DNA from: Candidatus Uhrbacteria bacterium
GTDB lineage: Bacteria > Patescibacteriota > Patescibacteriia > UBA9934 > GWF2-40-263
Assembly (NCBI GenBank): GCA_026395055.1
Contig: JAPLZK010000003.1
Location: 99,855 to 163,854, forward strand
Reading direction: 5' to 3'
Length of the DNA stretch: 64,000 nt
Positions 45,945 through 56,858 of the stretch are shown one piece after another. Within the stretch, counting starts at the first letter, position 1. Each line of letters begins with the position of its first letter. A program made the translations under genes and the position numbers. The notes under the pieces were generated by a model, which saw only the letters and a list, made by a program, of their open reading frames with translations, was not told the origin of the DNA and made no database searches.

Positions 45945-47447
45945 ATGAATACTAAAACAGATATCGTCGACGCGCTTAAAAAGTCGCTCGAAACATTTCA
46001 AACAAGCACGTCTGAAGAACAAGTAGGAACTGTTCTCTCTGTTTCTGATGGAACCGCTCGCATGAGTGGACTTTCGAATGCAAAATCATCCGAGATGCTT
46101 GAATTTCCTGGCGGAGTCTTTGGCGTGGTGTTGAACCTCGAAGAAGATACGGTCGGAGCTGTTATTCTTGGAGACACAACAAAAATTAAAGAAGGGGACA
46201 CGGTTCGTGCCCTTGGACGTATTCTTTCTGTTCCTGTATCAGATGAGATTATTGGACGCGTCGTAGATCCACTTGGAAATCCCATTGATGGCAAAGGAGC
46301 ATTTCGTGCTTCTACATTTTTTCCGATTGAAAAAGTTGCTCCAGGTGTTATGACACGTAAATCCGTTGGAGTTCCACTTCAAACGGGAATTAAAGCGATT
46401 GATGCCCTTATTCCAATCGGTCGTGGTCAGCGTGAGCTCATCATCGGAGATCGCCAAGTGGGAAAGACGGCAATTGCCATCGACACAATCATCAACCAAA
46501 AAGGACAGGGGGTGAAATGTATTTATGTTGCGATTGGTCAAAAGGAATCTAAGATCGCAAAGATTGTTGCAAAGCTCGAAGAAGCAGGTGCTATGGAATA
46601 CACAACCGTTGTTGTGGCTGGTGCATCTGATCCAGCAGCGCTTTCTTACATCGCTCCGTACACTGGTTGTACGATTGGAGAATACTTCATGGCAAAGGGC
46701 GAAGATGCGCTCGTTGTGTATGACGATTTGTCGAAACACGCTTGGGCTTATCGTGAAATTTCTCTTCTTCTTCGCCGCCCACCAGGACGTGAAGCGTATC
46801 CAGGAGATGTTTTTTATCTTCACTCTCGTTTGCTTGAACGCGCAGCGCGTTTGAATGAAGAGAATGGTGGAGGATCACTTACAGCTTTGCCGATCATCGA
46901 AACACAAGCGGGTGATGTGTCTGCTTACATTCCAACAAACGTTATTTCTATTACAGACGGACAGATTTATCTTGAAAGCGATTTATTCTATCGTGGAATT
47001 CGCCCAGCGCTCAACGTTGGTCTCTCTGTTTCTCGTGTGGGATCCGCTGCGCAAACAAAGGCTATGAAAAAAGTGGCGGGAAAGTTGCGTCTCGACCTTG
47101 CGCAATTCCGTGAGCTCGAAGCGTTCGCACAATTTGCGACGGACCTCGATGCAGGAACGCGTGCACAAATTGAACTTGGACGCCGCACAACAGAATTGCT
47201 CAAGCAATTGCAGTACCAACCACTTCCATTCGAGGAACAAGTTGCGGTGATCTTTTCGGTAACAAACGGGTTCTTGAATGCGGTCGCCATCGAAAAAGTT
47301 GTGCAATGGGAAACAGATTTTCGTTCCTATATGAACTCGGTCGGCGCAGATGTTTTGAAGTCATTGCGTGACGAGAAAGCCCTTACAGATGAAATTGTTG
47401 TATCGCTTAAAGAAGCCATTACAGGATTTAATGAACAGTGGAAATAA
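45945..47447 (+). CDS. atpA: F0F1 ATP synthase subunit alpha
   Basis: GDRQVGKT Walker A, full-length alpha. Confidence 0.95.
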   Translation: MNTKTDIVDALKKSLETFQTSTSEEQVGTVLSVSDGTARMSGLSNAKSSEMLEFPGGVFGVVLNLEEDTVGAVILGDTTKIKEGDTVRALGRILSVPVSDEIIGRVVDPLGNPIDGKGAFRASTFFPIEKVAPGVMTRKSVGVPLQTGIKAIDALIPIGRGQRELIIGDRQVGKTAIAIDTIINQKGQGVKCIYVAIGQKESKIAKIVAKLEEAGAMEYTTVVVAGASDPAALSYIAPYTGCTIGEYFMAKGEDALVVYDDLSKHAWAYREISLLLRRPPGREAYPGDVFYLHSRLLERAARLNEENGGGSLTALPIIETQAGDVSAYIPTNVISITDGQIYLESDLFYRGIRPALNVGLSVSRVGSAAQTKAMKKVAGKLRLDLAQFRELEAFAQFATDLDAGTRAQIELGRRTTELLKQLQYQPLPFEEQVAVIFSVTNGFLNAVAIEKVVQWETDFRSYMNSVGADVLKSLRDEKALTDEIVVSLKEAITGFNEQWK

Positions 47448-47452
47448 GTTTT

Positions 47453-47541
47453 GTGTCATTGCGAGCGAAGCGCGGCAATCTTTCTAGGGAGTTTATCTCA
47501 AGGAAAAAGATTGCTTCGTCGTCGAACTCCTCGTAATGACA
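47453..47541. repeat. intergenic hairpin/repeat before atpG (TTGTCATTGCGAG...GCAATCTTT // AAAGATTGCTTCGTCGTCGAACTCCTCGTAATGACAA)
   Basis: outer and inner inverted arms; right half repeats the element before atpA. Confidence 0.4.
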
Positions 47542-47551
47542 ATAAAAATAT

Positions 47552-49856
<2,305 letters not shown>

Positions 49857-49945
49857 ATAATAAATCCGAATATCGAATAACGAAATTCGAAAACAGAGTA
49901 AGGTTTTCGACATTCGGATTTTGTCTTCATTTCGAATTTTATCTT
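49857..49945. repeat. 7-bp periodic CGAAnnn repeat element between atpD and atpC
   Basis: TCCGAAT ATCGAAT AACGAAA TTCGAAA ... TTTTCGACATTCGGATTT ... ATTTCGAATTTTAT; homologous copy at 62144..62234. Confidence 0.45.
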
Positions 49946-50371
49946 ATGTATTTGAATTTAAAGATCGTCACCCCAGAACGCATTGTCTATGAAGACGATG
50001 TTGATTCTGTTTCTCTCATGACAGAAATGGGTGAAGTCACGATTTTGCCAAATCACGTTCCCTTGGTATCAAATCTTCGCGCGGGTGAAGTTCGATTGAA
50101 AAAGAATGGGGAAGAGTCACATCTTGTTGCGTCAACTGGATTTCTCGAGGTGCGTCCCGGAAATCAGGTCGTGATCCTCGCAGACACAGCAGAACGTTCA
50201 GAAGAACTTGAACTCGAGAAGATTGAGGAAGCAAAGGAACGTGCTCGTAAATTCCTTACGGAAACCAAGCATAAAGACGACGTGGCGTTTGCGGATGCGG
50301 CAGTTCACCTAGAAAGAGAGCTCGCCCGATATCACGTTGCGCTTAAACGAAAGAAATCACATAAAAACTAG
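49946..50371 (+). CDS. atpC: F0F1 ATP synthase subunit epsilon
   Basis: N-terminal beta-sandwich pattern LKIVTPERIVYEDDV, C-terminal helices. Confidence 0.85.
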   Translation: MYLNLKIVTPERIVYEDDVDSVSLMTEMGEVTILPNHVPLVSNLRAGEVRLKKNGEESHLVASTGFLEVRPGNQVVILADTAERSEELELEKIEEAKERARKFLTETKHKDDVAFADAAVHLERELARYHVALKRKKSHKN

Positions 50372-50501
50372 AAAAAGATATCCACCGCTGAACGCGGTGG
50401 ATTTTTATTTAGCCTTGACGGAAAGGATGACTGGAGGTATCATCGTGTTCTCCAAGTGAGTATTTGGAGACGTTCTTTGATCGTAAACCCTTACAAGGAG
50501 T

Positions 50502-51143
50502 TTGCCCATGCCGAATCGTGCAGAAGATGTGCGTCTTATTCGCCTCTTGCGTGAAGCCAATGTTCTCGTCAATGTTGACGGACACAAACTGCATGCGCCA
50601 AATGGTGTCATTCCCGTCGTCTGTCCTGATTGCGATCAAGTCGATGACATCGATAACCATATCCGCAAGTTGCTCGATGAGTCCGGTGGGAGAATTCGTC
50701 CGCACATGCTGAAGCAGCACGGTGGAGGCATGCTCATTTCTGAAGCGTGTCCGCTCGATCGCGAATTCAACATCGACAGGTACCTGTTGAAGCACATCGG
50801 TATCGCGCGCAACTTGAAGGATATCAATACGATCATTCTGTACGTGCACGCGCCGTGTGGTGCTGCACAACTTGAAGGACTGAACGTTGTCGAGATTCTG
50901 TATCACGTTGTGGAAGCAAAGAAGCGCGTCAAGGCCATGTGGCCCACGGATCGCATCAGTTGCTACATCCACGTGGACTACGCAAACGAAAAGAAGCGCA
51001 CGTACTTTCTGAGTCGTGAAGCATTCGAACGTTGGTTTCACGACAACAACGGCGAACAATATGTGAAGCACATGAACAAAGGGAACGGATCCAGTCCTGA
51101 TCACAAGACTGAGTTTGAACCTGCTGCCCCTGCGTCTTCGTAG
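50502..51143 (+). CDS. hypothetical protein P56 (paralog of 58555..59151)
   Basis: shared blocks RLI.LL.EA.VL, L..LHGG, KKRTYFLSREAFERWFHDN vs NRTYTLQINTPEFHAWYNDY; alternative start 50508. Confidence 0.5.
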   Translation: MPMPNRAEDVRLIRLLREANVLVNVDGHKLHAPNGVIPVVCPDCDQVDDIDNHIRKLLDESGGRIRPHMLKQHGGGMLISEACPLDREFNIDRYLLKHIGIARNLKDINTIILYVHAPCGAAQLEGLNVVEILYHVVEAKKRVKAMWPTDRISCYIHVDYANEKKRTYFLSREAFERWFHDNNGEQYVKHMNKGNGSSPDHKTEFEPAAPASS

Positions 51144-51152
51144 ATCCTCTAA

Positions 51153-51175
51153 CCGGACTTACCTCCGGTTTTTTA
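51153..51175 (+). terminator. intrinsic terminator after P56
   Basis: CCGGA-CTTACC-TCCGG followed by TTTTTTATTTTG. Confidence 0.45.
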
Positions 51176-51316
51176 TTTTGCTTCACAGCAAAATAACCAC
51201 CCATAGCTCGCACCGAGCAACGGATGGTCCATCTTGTGAACGCATGTATCTGTGCAAAAAGAACCTTGACGCTCTTTCATGCCAGGAGTAAATTATCCGA
51301 GATCAATTAATATCAT

Positions 51317-51856
51317 ATGAGCTTTCCAAAATTACTGAAGCGACTTTTTCTTGGACCACGTGTTACTGAAAAACAGGAATCTTTTTTAAAAACAGATAAA
51401 GAATTTGAAGCTGTCGGCGCGGAATTAAAATCCATCGTGCAATCTTTATATGGAGGACGATCCCTTCGTATTCGTGCGGTTGATGGAGGTTCAACAAATG
51501 CAGAAGAGAACGAGCTCACCGCTCTTAGCAATGCCTACTACGATATTGATCGTTTTGGGTTGAGTTTCGTTGCGTCTCCACGTCATGCAGACATGGTTTG
51601 GGTAACAGGTTGTGTGACGCGCAACCTTGAGCGTGCGGTGAAAACAACCTATGAAGCCGCACCAGAGCCATGCATTGTTGTCGCCATTGGTGACGGAGCT
51701 TGCACGGGAGGAATCTGGAAAGATTCTTATGCGGTAGTTGGAGCTCTTGAAAATGTTATTCCGGTTCACATCAAGATTCCTGGAGATCCGCCAACGCCAA
51801 CGCAAATCTTGCGTGGAGTTTTAAACGCGCTCAAACAATCATCCTCAAAATCTTAA
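51317..51856 (+). CDS. NuoB/HycG-like small subunit lacking three of four N2 cluster cysteines
   Basis: aligns to NuoB SPRxAD...GxCAxxGG...PGCPP but CCxxE -> GGSTNAEE and PGCPP -> PGDPP; only GDGACTGG Cys retained. Confidence 0.75.
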   Translation: MSFPKLLKRLFLGPRVTEKQESFLKTDKEFEAVGAELKSIVQSLYGGRSLRIRAVDGGSTNAEENELTALSNAYYDIDRFGLSFVASPRHADMVWVTGCVTRNLERAVKTTYEAAPEPCIVVAIGDGACTGGIWKDSYAVVGALENVIPVHIKIPGDPPTPTQILRGVLNALKQSSSKS

Positions 51857-51857
51857 T

Positions 51858-53840
51858 ATGAATCTTTCGTTTTTTGTTGTGCTGTCTTTGTCTGGAGTAT
51901 TCCTTTCTGCACTTATTTCATTTATCAGCGCAAAAGGGCAGGGGCACCGCGCAGTCGTGACGCTCCTCGCGTTGTCTACGGGACTTGGAGCCTTTTCAAG
52001 TGCGGCTTTTTTGTTGAGTGGTCAATCTCAACTCACAATCACTCAATCTGCGTGGCTTTTTGGAACACCATTCGTTTTATCTGTTCTCTCAGCACTATTC
52101 TTTTTTCTTTTAAACACAGTCGCTTGTCTCGCATCTGTTTACGCCATGAAGTATGTGGAACAGTATACGGAAGTCTATAACGTTCGCGTTCTCGATGGTC
52201 TCATGGCTATTTTCGTGCTCGGCATGCAAGGCGTCCTTCTTGCGGGCACACCGTTTGGATTTCTTGTGTTCTGGGAAATCATGTCGCTGTCATCCTTCTT
52301 TCTTGTCATGGCAGACAAAGAAGCGGCATCCGTTCGCGCAGCGCTCTTTTATCTCATCATGACACATCTTGGGGCAGGAGCGATCCTTGCTGGATTTATG
52401 ATCCTCTCGAACGGATCATTACTTGAATCATTCACGCGCCTCGCCATTCTCGCGCAACATCTTCCACCTTCAACACTGTTTGGTGTATTTCTTTTATTTC
52501 TCTTTGGCTTTGGCTCAAAGGCGGGACTTGTTCCGTTTCATGTCTGGCTTCCAGAAGCTCACCCACAAGCTCCATCGCACATTTCCGCACTCATGTCTGG
52601 AGTGATGTTAAAAATGGCGCTTTACGGTTTTTTGGTAATGACCTTCACTGTCCTTCCAATCGGAAGCTCGACCGCAGCCCTTATTGTGATTGCGCTTGGA
52701 CTTCTCTCGGCTGTTTACGGAGTGATTTACGCCGTGATTGAACGTGATGTGAAGCGTGTCCTTGCGTTTAGTAGTATTGAAAACATGGGAATTATTTTCA
52801 CCATGCTTGGTGTTGCCATGCTCACACAATCACAAGGAATGTCTGCATTCTCACACGTTGCCCTCGGCGCAGCGTTGTTGTTTGCCATTGCACACGCCTT
52901 TTTTAAGTCCGGATTGTTTATGGGGGCTGGAGTCATGGTTCATGCCGCACATTCGAGATCGCTCGAAGTGATGGGGGGATTATCAAAGCGTATGCCAGCA
53001 TTTTCTGGCGCAATGCTCATCCTTGCGCTTGCAGCCGCAGCACTTCCTCCATTCTCCGCATTTATGGCGGAATGGACGTTTGTGCAAAATCTCGTTGCAA
53101 ATTTGTCGACCATGTCGCCATTTATTCAGGGTGTTCTTGTCTTGGTTCTTGTGACCATGGCACTTGTTGGGGGTCTCGCGTTATTCGCCATGATCAAGTT
53201 GTTCGGGATCGGATTCCTTGCTGAGCCTCGTTCAGAACATGTTGCACACGCTAAAGCTCCTGGAAAACTCATCGCAATTCCAATTTATCTTCTTGCAGCC
53301 TGTTCCGTTCTGGTCGGACTTCTTGCACCAGCGATTTTAAGAACGATCGGATACGGGGATCTCACGGTTAATTACGACTTGCACACAAACATAGTTCTTG
53401 GAGGAGGATCCATGAATCCAGGTAAACTCCTCGCGCTTCTTGTCGCAACGTTCTTCCTCGTTCTTCTTTTACGTCGTGTGCTCTCGAACGTTAAGCACGA
53501 ACGTGAATATCACACGTGGGACTGCGGACAGCCAATCACTCCAGGAATGGAATTCACCGCAACAGCTTTCTCCGCATCGATTCGATTCTTCTTCCGTGTG
53601 ATTACACGCACAAAAAAGAATGTGATTACAACTCCGATCATTGCAAGTAATCCATGGATTGCAAGCCGAACATTCTCTCTCGAGCTTCGACAAATTTGGT
53701 ACGACGATCTTTACGTGCCAATCCAAAACGCGTGTCTCTGGACGTCTACCCAAGTTCGTAAACTCCAAAACGGTGTCATTCAATTCTATATCGCCCTTAT
53801 CTTCATTGCCCTCGTAGTAACGCTCGCGATCGCCCTATGA
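51858..53840 (+). CDS. NuoL/MrpA/HyfB-like antiporter-type membrane subunit
   Basis: 660 aa, ~16 TM, conserved proton-pumping-subunit core. Confidence 0.75.
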   Translation: MNLSFFVVLSLSGVFLSALISFISAKGQGHRAVVTLLALSTGLGAFSSAAFLLSGQSQLTITQSAWLFGTPFVLSVLSALFFFLLNTVACLASVYAMKYVEQYTEVYNVRVLDGLMAIFVLGMQGVLLAGTPFGFLVFWEIMSLSSFFLVMADKEAASVRAALFYLIMTHLGAGAILAGFMILSNGSLLESFTRLAILAQHLPPSTLFGVFLLFLFGFGSKAGLVPFHVWLPEAHPQAPSHISALMSGVMLKMALYGFLVMTFTVLPIGSSTAALIVIALGLLSAVYGVIYAVIERDVKRVLAFSSIENMGIIFTMLGVAMLTQSQGMSAFSHVALGAALLFAIAHAFFKSGLFMGAGVMVHAAHSRSLEVMGGLSKRMPAFSGAMLILALAAAALPPFSAFMAEWTFVQNLVANLSTMSPFIQGVLVLVLVTMALVGGLALFAMIKLFGIGFLAEPRSEHVAHAKAPGKLIAIPIYLLAACSVLVGLLAPAILRTIGYGDLTVNYDLHTNIVLGGGSMNPGKLLALLVATFFLVLLLRRVLSNVKHEREYHTWDCGQPITPGMEFTATAFSASIRFFFRVITRTKKNVITTPIIASNPWIASRTFSLELRQIWYDDLYVPIQNACLWTSTQVRKLQNGVIQFYIALIFIALVVTLAIAL

Positions 53841-54772
53841 ATTCCTTTCTCCTAACTCTCGTCCAATTCATCGCTGTCATTCTCGTCGCACCATTCGTGA
53901 CGGGGCTGGTTCGCATGTGCAAGGCGCGATTCCAAGGCCGACACGGTGCTTCACCATTTTTGCCGTACATCACGTATGCAACACTTCTCAAGAAACAAAT
54001 GGTTATTTCGAAAAGCACCTCTTGGGTTTTTCGTTTGGTTCCATTTGTTGTTCTTGCGACGACGTTGTTTCTTGTTTGCGTTTTACCACTTCTTGTTTTC
54101 GGCGGAGCCTTTGTATCACTCGGTCACTTCATGATTGTTGCCGGTGTTCTCGCACTCGGTGCGGCATTTCTTGTTATGGGTGGACTTGAAAGTGCAAGTG
54201 CATTCGGAGGAATGGGCGCATCTCGTGAAATGACGTTAGCGTCCCTCGTCGAGCCAGCCATGATCGCAACATTCGCAACATTTTCCATCGTCACCGGCGC
54301 ATTCACCGTCGACGCGATGTTTGCAAACGCGCATATTCTCACTTCACCCGCATTGATTCCAGCAATCGCTGCGCTTATCATGGTCGCGCTTGCGGAGAAT
54401 GCGCGTTATCCGGTCGACAACCCAGCAACACACCTTGAACTTACAATGGTTCACGAGGCGATGGTTCTTGAATACTCTGGACCTTATCTTGCGATGCTTG
54501 AATACGCATCCGCAGTGAAACTCACCATTTTTTCTTTGCTTGTTGCAAACATCTTGTTTCCCATGACTCTTGCGGTTGATGCAACTCTTGTTGCGATCTT
54601 GATTACGATTGCGTACATGATCGTGAAAGTCATCGTTGTTTCATTCTTGCTCGCGCTGCTTGAATCATTGATTGCCAAAATGCGTTTTTATAGAATGCAA
54701 GAATACATGACCATTGCGTTCTTCTTTGCGCTTGCTGGCCTTGTCTTTGCTCTCATCCACATCACCCTATGA
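53837..54772 (+). CDS. NuoH/HycD/HyfC-like membrane subunit
   Basis: GLVRMCKARFQGRHGASPFLPY and AENARYPVDNPATHLELTMVHEA correspond to NuoH conserved loops. Confidence 0.65.
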   Translation: MNSFLLTLVQFIAVILVAPFVTGLVRMCKARFQGRHGASPFLPYITYATLLKKQMVISKSTSWVFRLVPFVVLATTLFLVCVLPLLVFGGAFVSLGHFMIVAGVLALGAAFLVMGGLESASAFGGMGASREMTLASLVEPAMIATFATFSIVTGAFTVDAMFANAHILTSPALIPAIAALIMVALAENARYPVDNPATHLELTMVHEAMVLEYSGPYLAMLEYASAVKLTIFSLLVANILFPMTLAVDATLVAILITIAYMIVKVIVVSFLLALLESLIAKMRFYRMQEYMTIAFFFALAGLVFALIHITL

Positions 54773-55398
54773 TCTCACTTTCTCTTTGGAATAATATCTT
54801 CATGGGCGGAACGCTTTTGTTTGCGATCGTCATGATGGGAATGCCACGGCTCCCAGCGATGCTTCGCTTCTTCGCGTTGTCCTCACTTTGTCTCGCGGGA
54901 CTCATTGTCACGTCATCTCTCATGAAAGGGGATGAACAGCCGTACGCAATCGCGATCATCAATATTGTGTTCAAGGTAATCCTTGCTCCAAGCATTTTGT
55001 TTTTTGCTGCACGCAAGGTTCGCGCATCCATGGCGCTCAAGTTTTATTTGCGTCCAACCGCAACCTACTTCGCTGCGCTCCTCGTGTTGCTCATCTCTGT
55101 ATTCGTTTCGTTGCGCATGCCGGGCGTTCCATATCTTTCGATCGCCCTTGTTCTTCTTGGGCTCGTATTCATGATGGTTCGAAAAGATTTGTACTCACAA
55201 ATCATTGGATTCATGACCATGGAAAATGGAATTGCCGCTTACGGTGTACTCATGATTGGCGGTTTTCCCTTCATGATTGAAACAGGAATCTTGTTCGTTG
55301 TGATCACCGGAGCAATCTTGATGGCAATCTTAAGTCGTCATGTGCAAGAGCTCTACGCAACGGGCGACACGGAATCCTTAACCGAGCTCACCGAATAA
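54769..55398 (+). CDS. HyfE/NuoK-like small membrane subunit
   Basis: 209 aa, 6 TM, C-terminal MENGIAAYG...ETGI NuoK-like segment. Confidence 0.5.
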   Translation: MISLSLWNNIFMGGTLLFAIVMMGMPRLPAMLRFFALSSLCLAGLIVTSSLMKGDEQPYAIAIINIVFKVILAPSILFFAARKVRASMALKFYLRPTATYFAALLVLLISVFVSLRMPGVPYLSIALVLLGLVFMMVRKDLYSQIIGFMTMENGIAAYGVLMIGGFPFMIETGILFVVITGAILMAILSRHVQELYATGDTESLTELTE

Positions 55399-55399
55399 T

Positions 55400-56857
55400 A
55401 TGCCAACTATTTTCATCCTATTTCTTTTTGCAGCCGCAAGCGCATACATTGCTCGAACGGAAAAACAGATTCGTGTAAGCGCACTCGTGTTTGCGATTCT
55501 TGGTGGTGGTTCAAGTCTTTACCTCGCAGTCATGAGACTTCTTGTAAGTCCATACACACCCGTCTCAGGTTGGTTTCGTGCGGACATGTACACCTGGTTC
55601 ATGATTGCGCTTGTTTCATTTGTGTATATCACTGCAACGATTGCGAGCGTTCGCTATACAGGCGAGGAATCTCGCGAAGGATTGCTTACGATCGAGAAAC
55701 TCCGTGTCTACTTTTTCTCCATTCCACTCTTTATCCTTGCCATGCTTGTTTCTGTTCTCGCAAACCACCTTGGTTTGCTTTGGATTGGACTTGAAGGCAC
55801 AACTCTTACGACAACCTTGCTCGTTGCGCTGTATCGTAAGGATGCATCCATTGAGGCGGCTTGGAAGTTCATCATGCTCTGCTCCATTGGTATCGGACTT
55901 GGAATGATTGGAATGCTCATGTTTGTGCACGCCGGAGTTGTCGCTGGACTCAACGTGTTTGATGCGTTCTCATACTCAACGCTTCGAACGAGTGCACATC
56001 TTCTTGACCCAGCATCGATGAAGCTCGCTTTCGTCTTTCTTCTCGTTGGAATTGGAACCAAAGTTGGTTTTGTCCCAATGCACACATGGCTTCCGGATGC
56101 TCACAGTAAAACTCCCTCGCCAATTAGCGCACTTCTTTCAGGGGTACTCTTGAACGTTGCGTTCTTTGTCTTGCTACGTTGCAAAGTTCTCACCGATCTT
56201 TCGATCGGAAGTTCTGCATGGTCTGATCACCTTATGATCGGCTTTGGCGTGCTCTCCGTTGTTGTTGCCGCATTTTTCTTACTCCAACAACGCAACTACA
56301 AGCGCATGCTTGCGTATTCGAGTGTTGAACACATGGGACTCATGGGCTTTGCGTCTGGACTCGGTCCTGTTGGAATGCTGGCACTTACGATCCATGCTGT
56401 CTTTCACACCCTTACAAAATCCGCATTGTTCTTCACATCGGGTGAAATTTTGCTTTCTCAAAAAACAACAAAGATTGCCGGAATCAAAAATTTGATGAAG
56501 AAAACTCCGATCACGGCAACGTTGTTCCTCCTCGGCATTCTTGCGATCATCGCCGTCCCACCATCCGGACTCTTTACGAGTGAGTTCATGATTGTCGGTG
56601 CTGGACTCCAATCCGCTCGCGGGCTCACACTCGTCCTGCTTCTCGCTCTCACCATGATTGCGTTTAGTATGTTGAAGAGTACGACGTCCATGCTTTACAC
56701 AGCAGATGATGGAGTCGTCGAACATACACATAAAGAAAAATGGACGCTCACACACGCGGTCGTCATCGTTCAGTTGATTCTGATCGTTGTGCTCGGACTT
56801 TTCATCACCACCGCGCCAGTCCTCGACTTTTTCAAGTCAATTTCACAATCGATCTAA
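55400..56857 (+). CDS. NuoN/NuoM/HyfF-like antiporter-type membrane subunit
   Basis: 485 aa, ~14 TM, conserved core of complex I antiporter subunits. Confidence 0.7.
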   Translation: MPTIFILFLFAAASAYIARTEKQIRVSALVFAILGGGSSLYLAVMRLLVSPYTPVSGWFRADMYTWFMIALVSFVYITATIASVRYTGEESREGLLTIEKLRVYFFSIPLFILAMLVSVLANHLGLLWIGLEGTTLTTTLLVALYRKDASIEAAWKFIMLCSIGIGLGMIGMLMFVHAGVVAGLNVFDAFSYSTLRTSAHLLDPASMKLAFVFLLVGIGTKVGFVPMHTWLPDAHSKTPSPISALLSGVLLNVAFFVLLRCKVLTDLSIGSSAWSDHLMIGFGVLSVVVAAFFLLQQRNYKRMLAYSSVEHMGLMGFASGLGPVGMLALTIHAVFHTLTKSALFFTSGEILLSQKTTKIAGIKNLMKKTPITATLFLLGILAIIAVPPSGLFTSEFMIVGAGLQSARGLTLVLLLALTMIAFSMLKSTTSMLYTADDGVVEHTHKEKWTLTHAVVIVQLILIVVLGLFITTAPVLDFFKSISQSI

Positions 56858-56858
56858 T

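Noticed and set aside
46239-46823. 194-aa minus-strand ORF inside atpA
   Set aside because: Antisense to an unambiguous ATP synthase alpha subunit.
49857-49945. Possible CRISPR-like array (short regular repeats)
   Set aside because: The period is 7 bp with no unique spacers, no cas genes nearby, and the second half is the mirror image of the first; treated as a structured repeat element instead.
50409-51104. 231-aa minus-strand ORF overlapping P56
   Set aside because: The + strand frame has a paralog (P58) and its own terminator; the minus ORF has no features.
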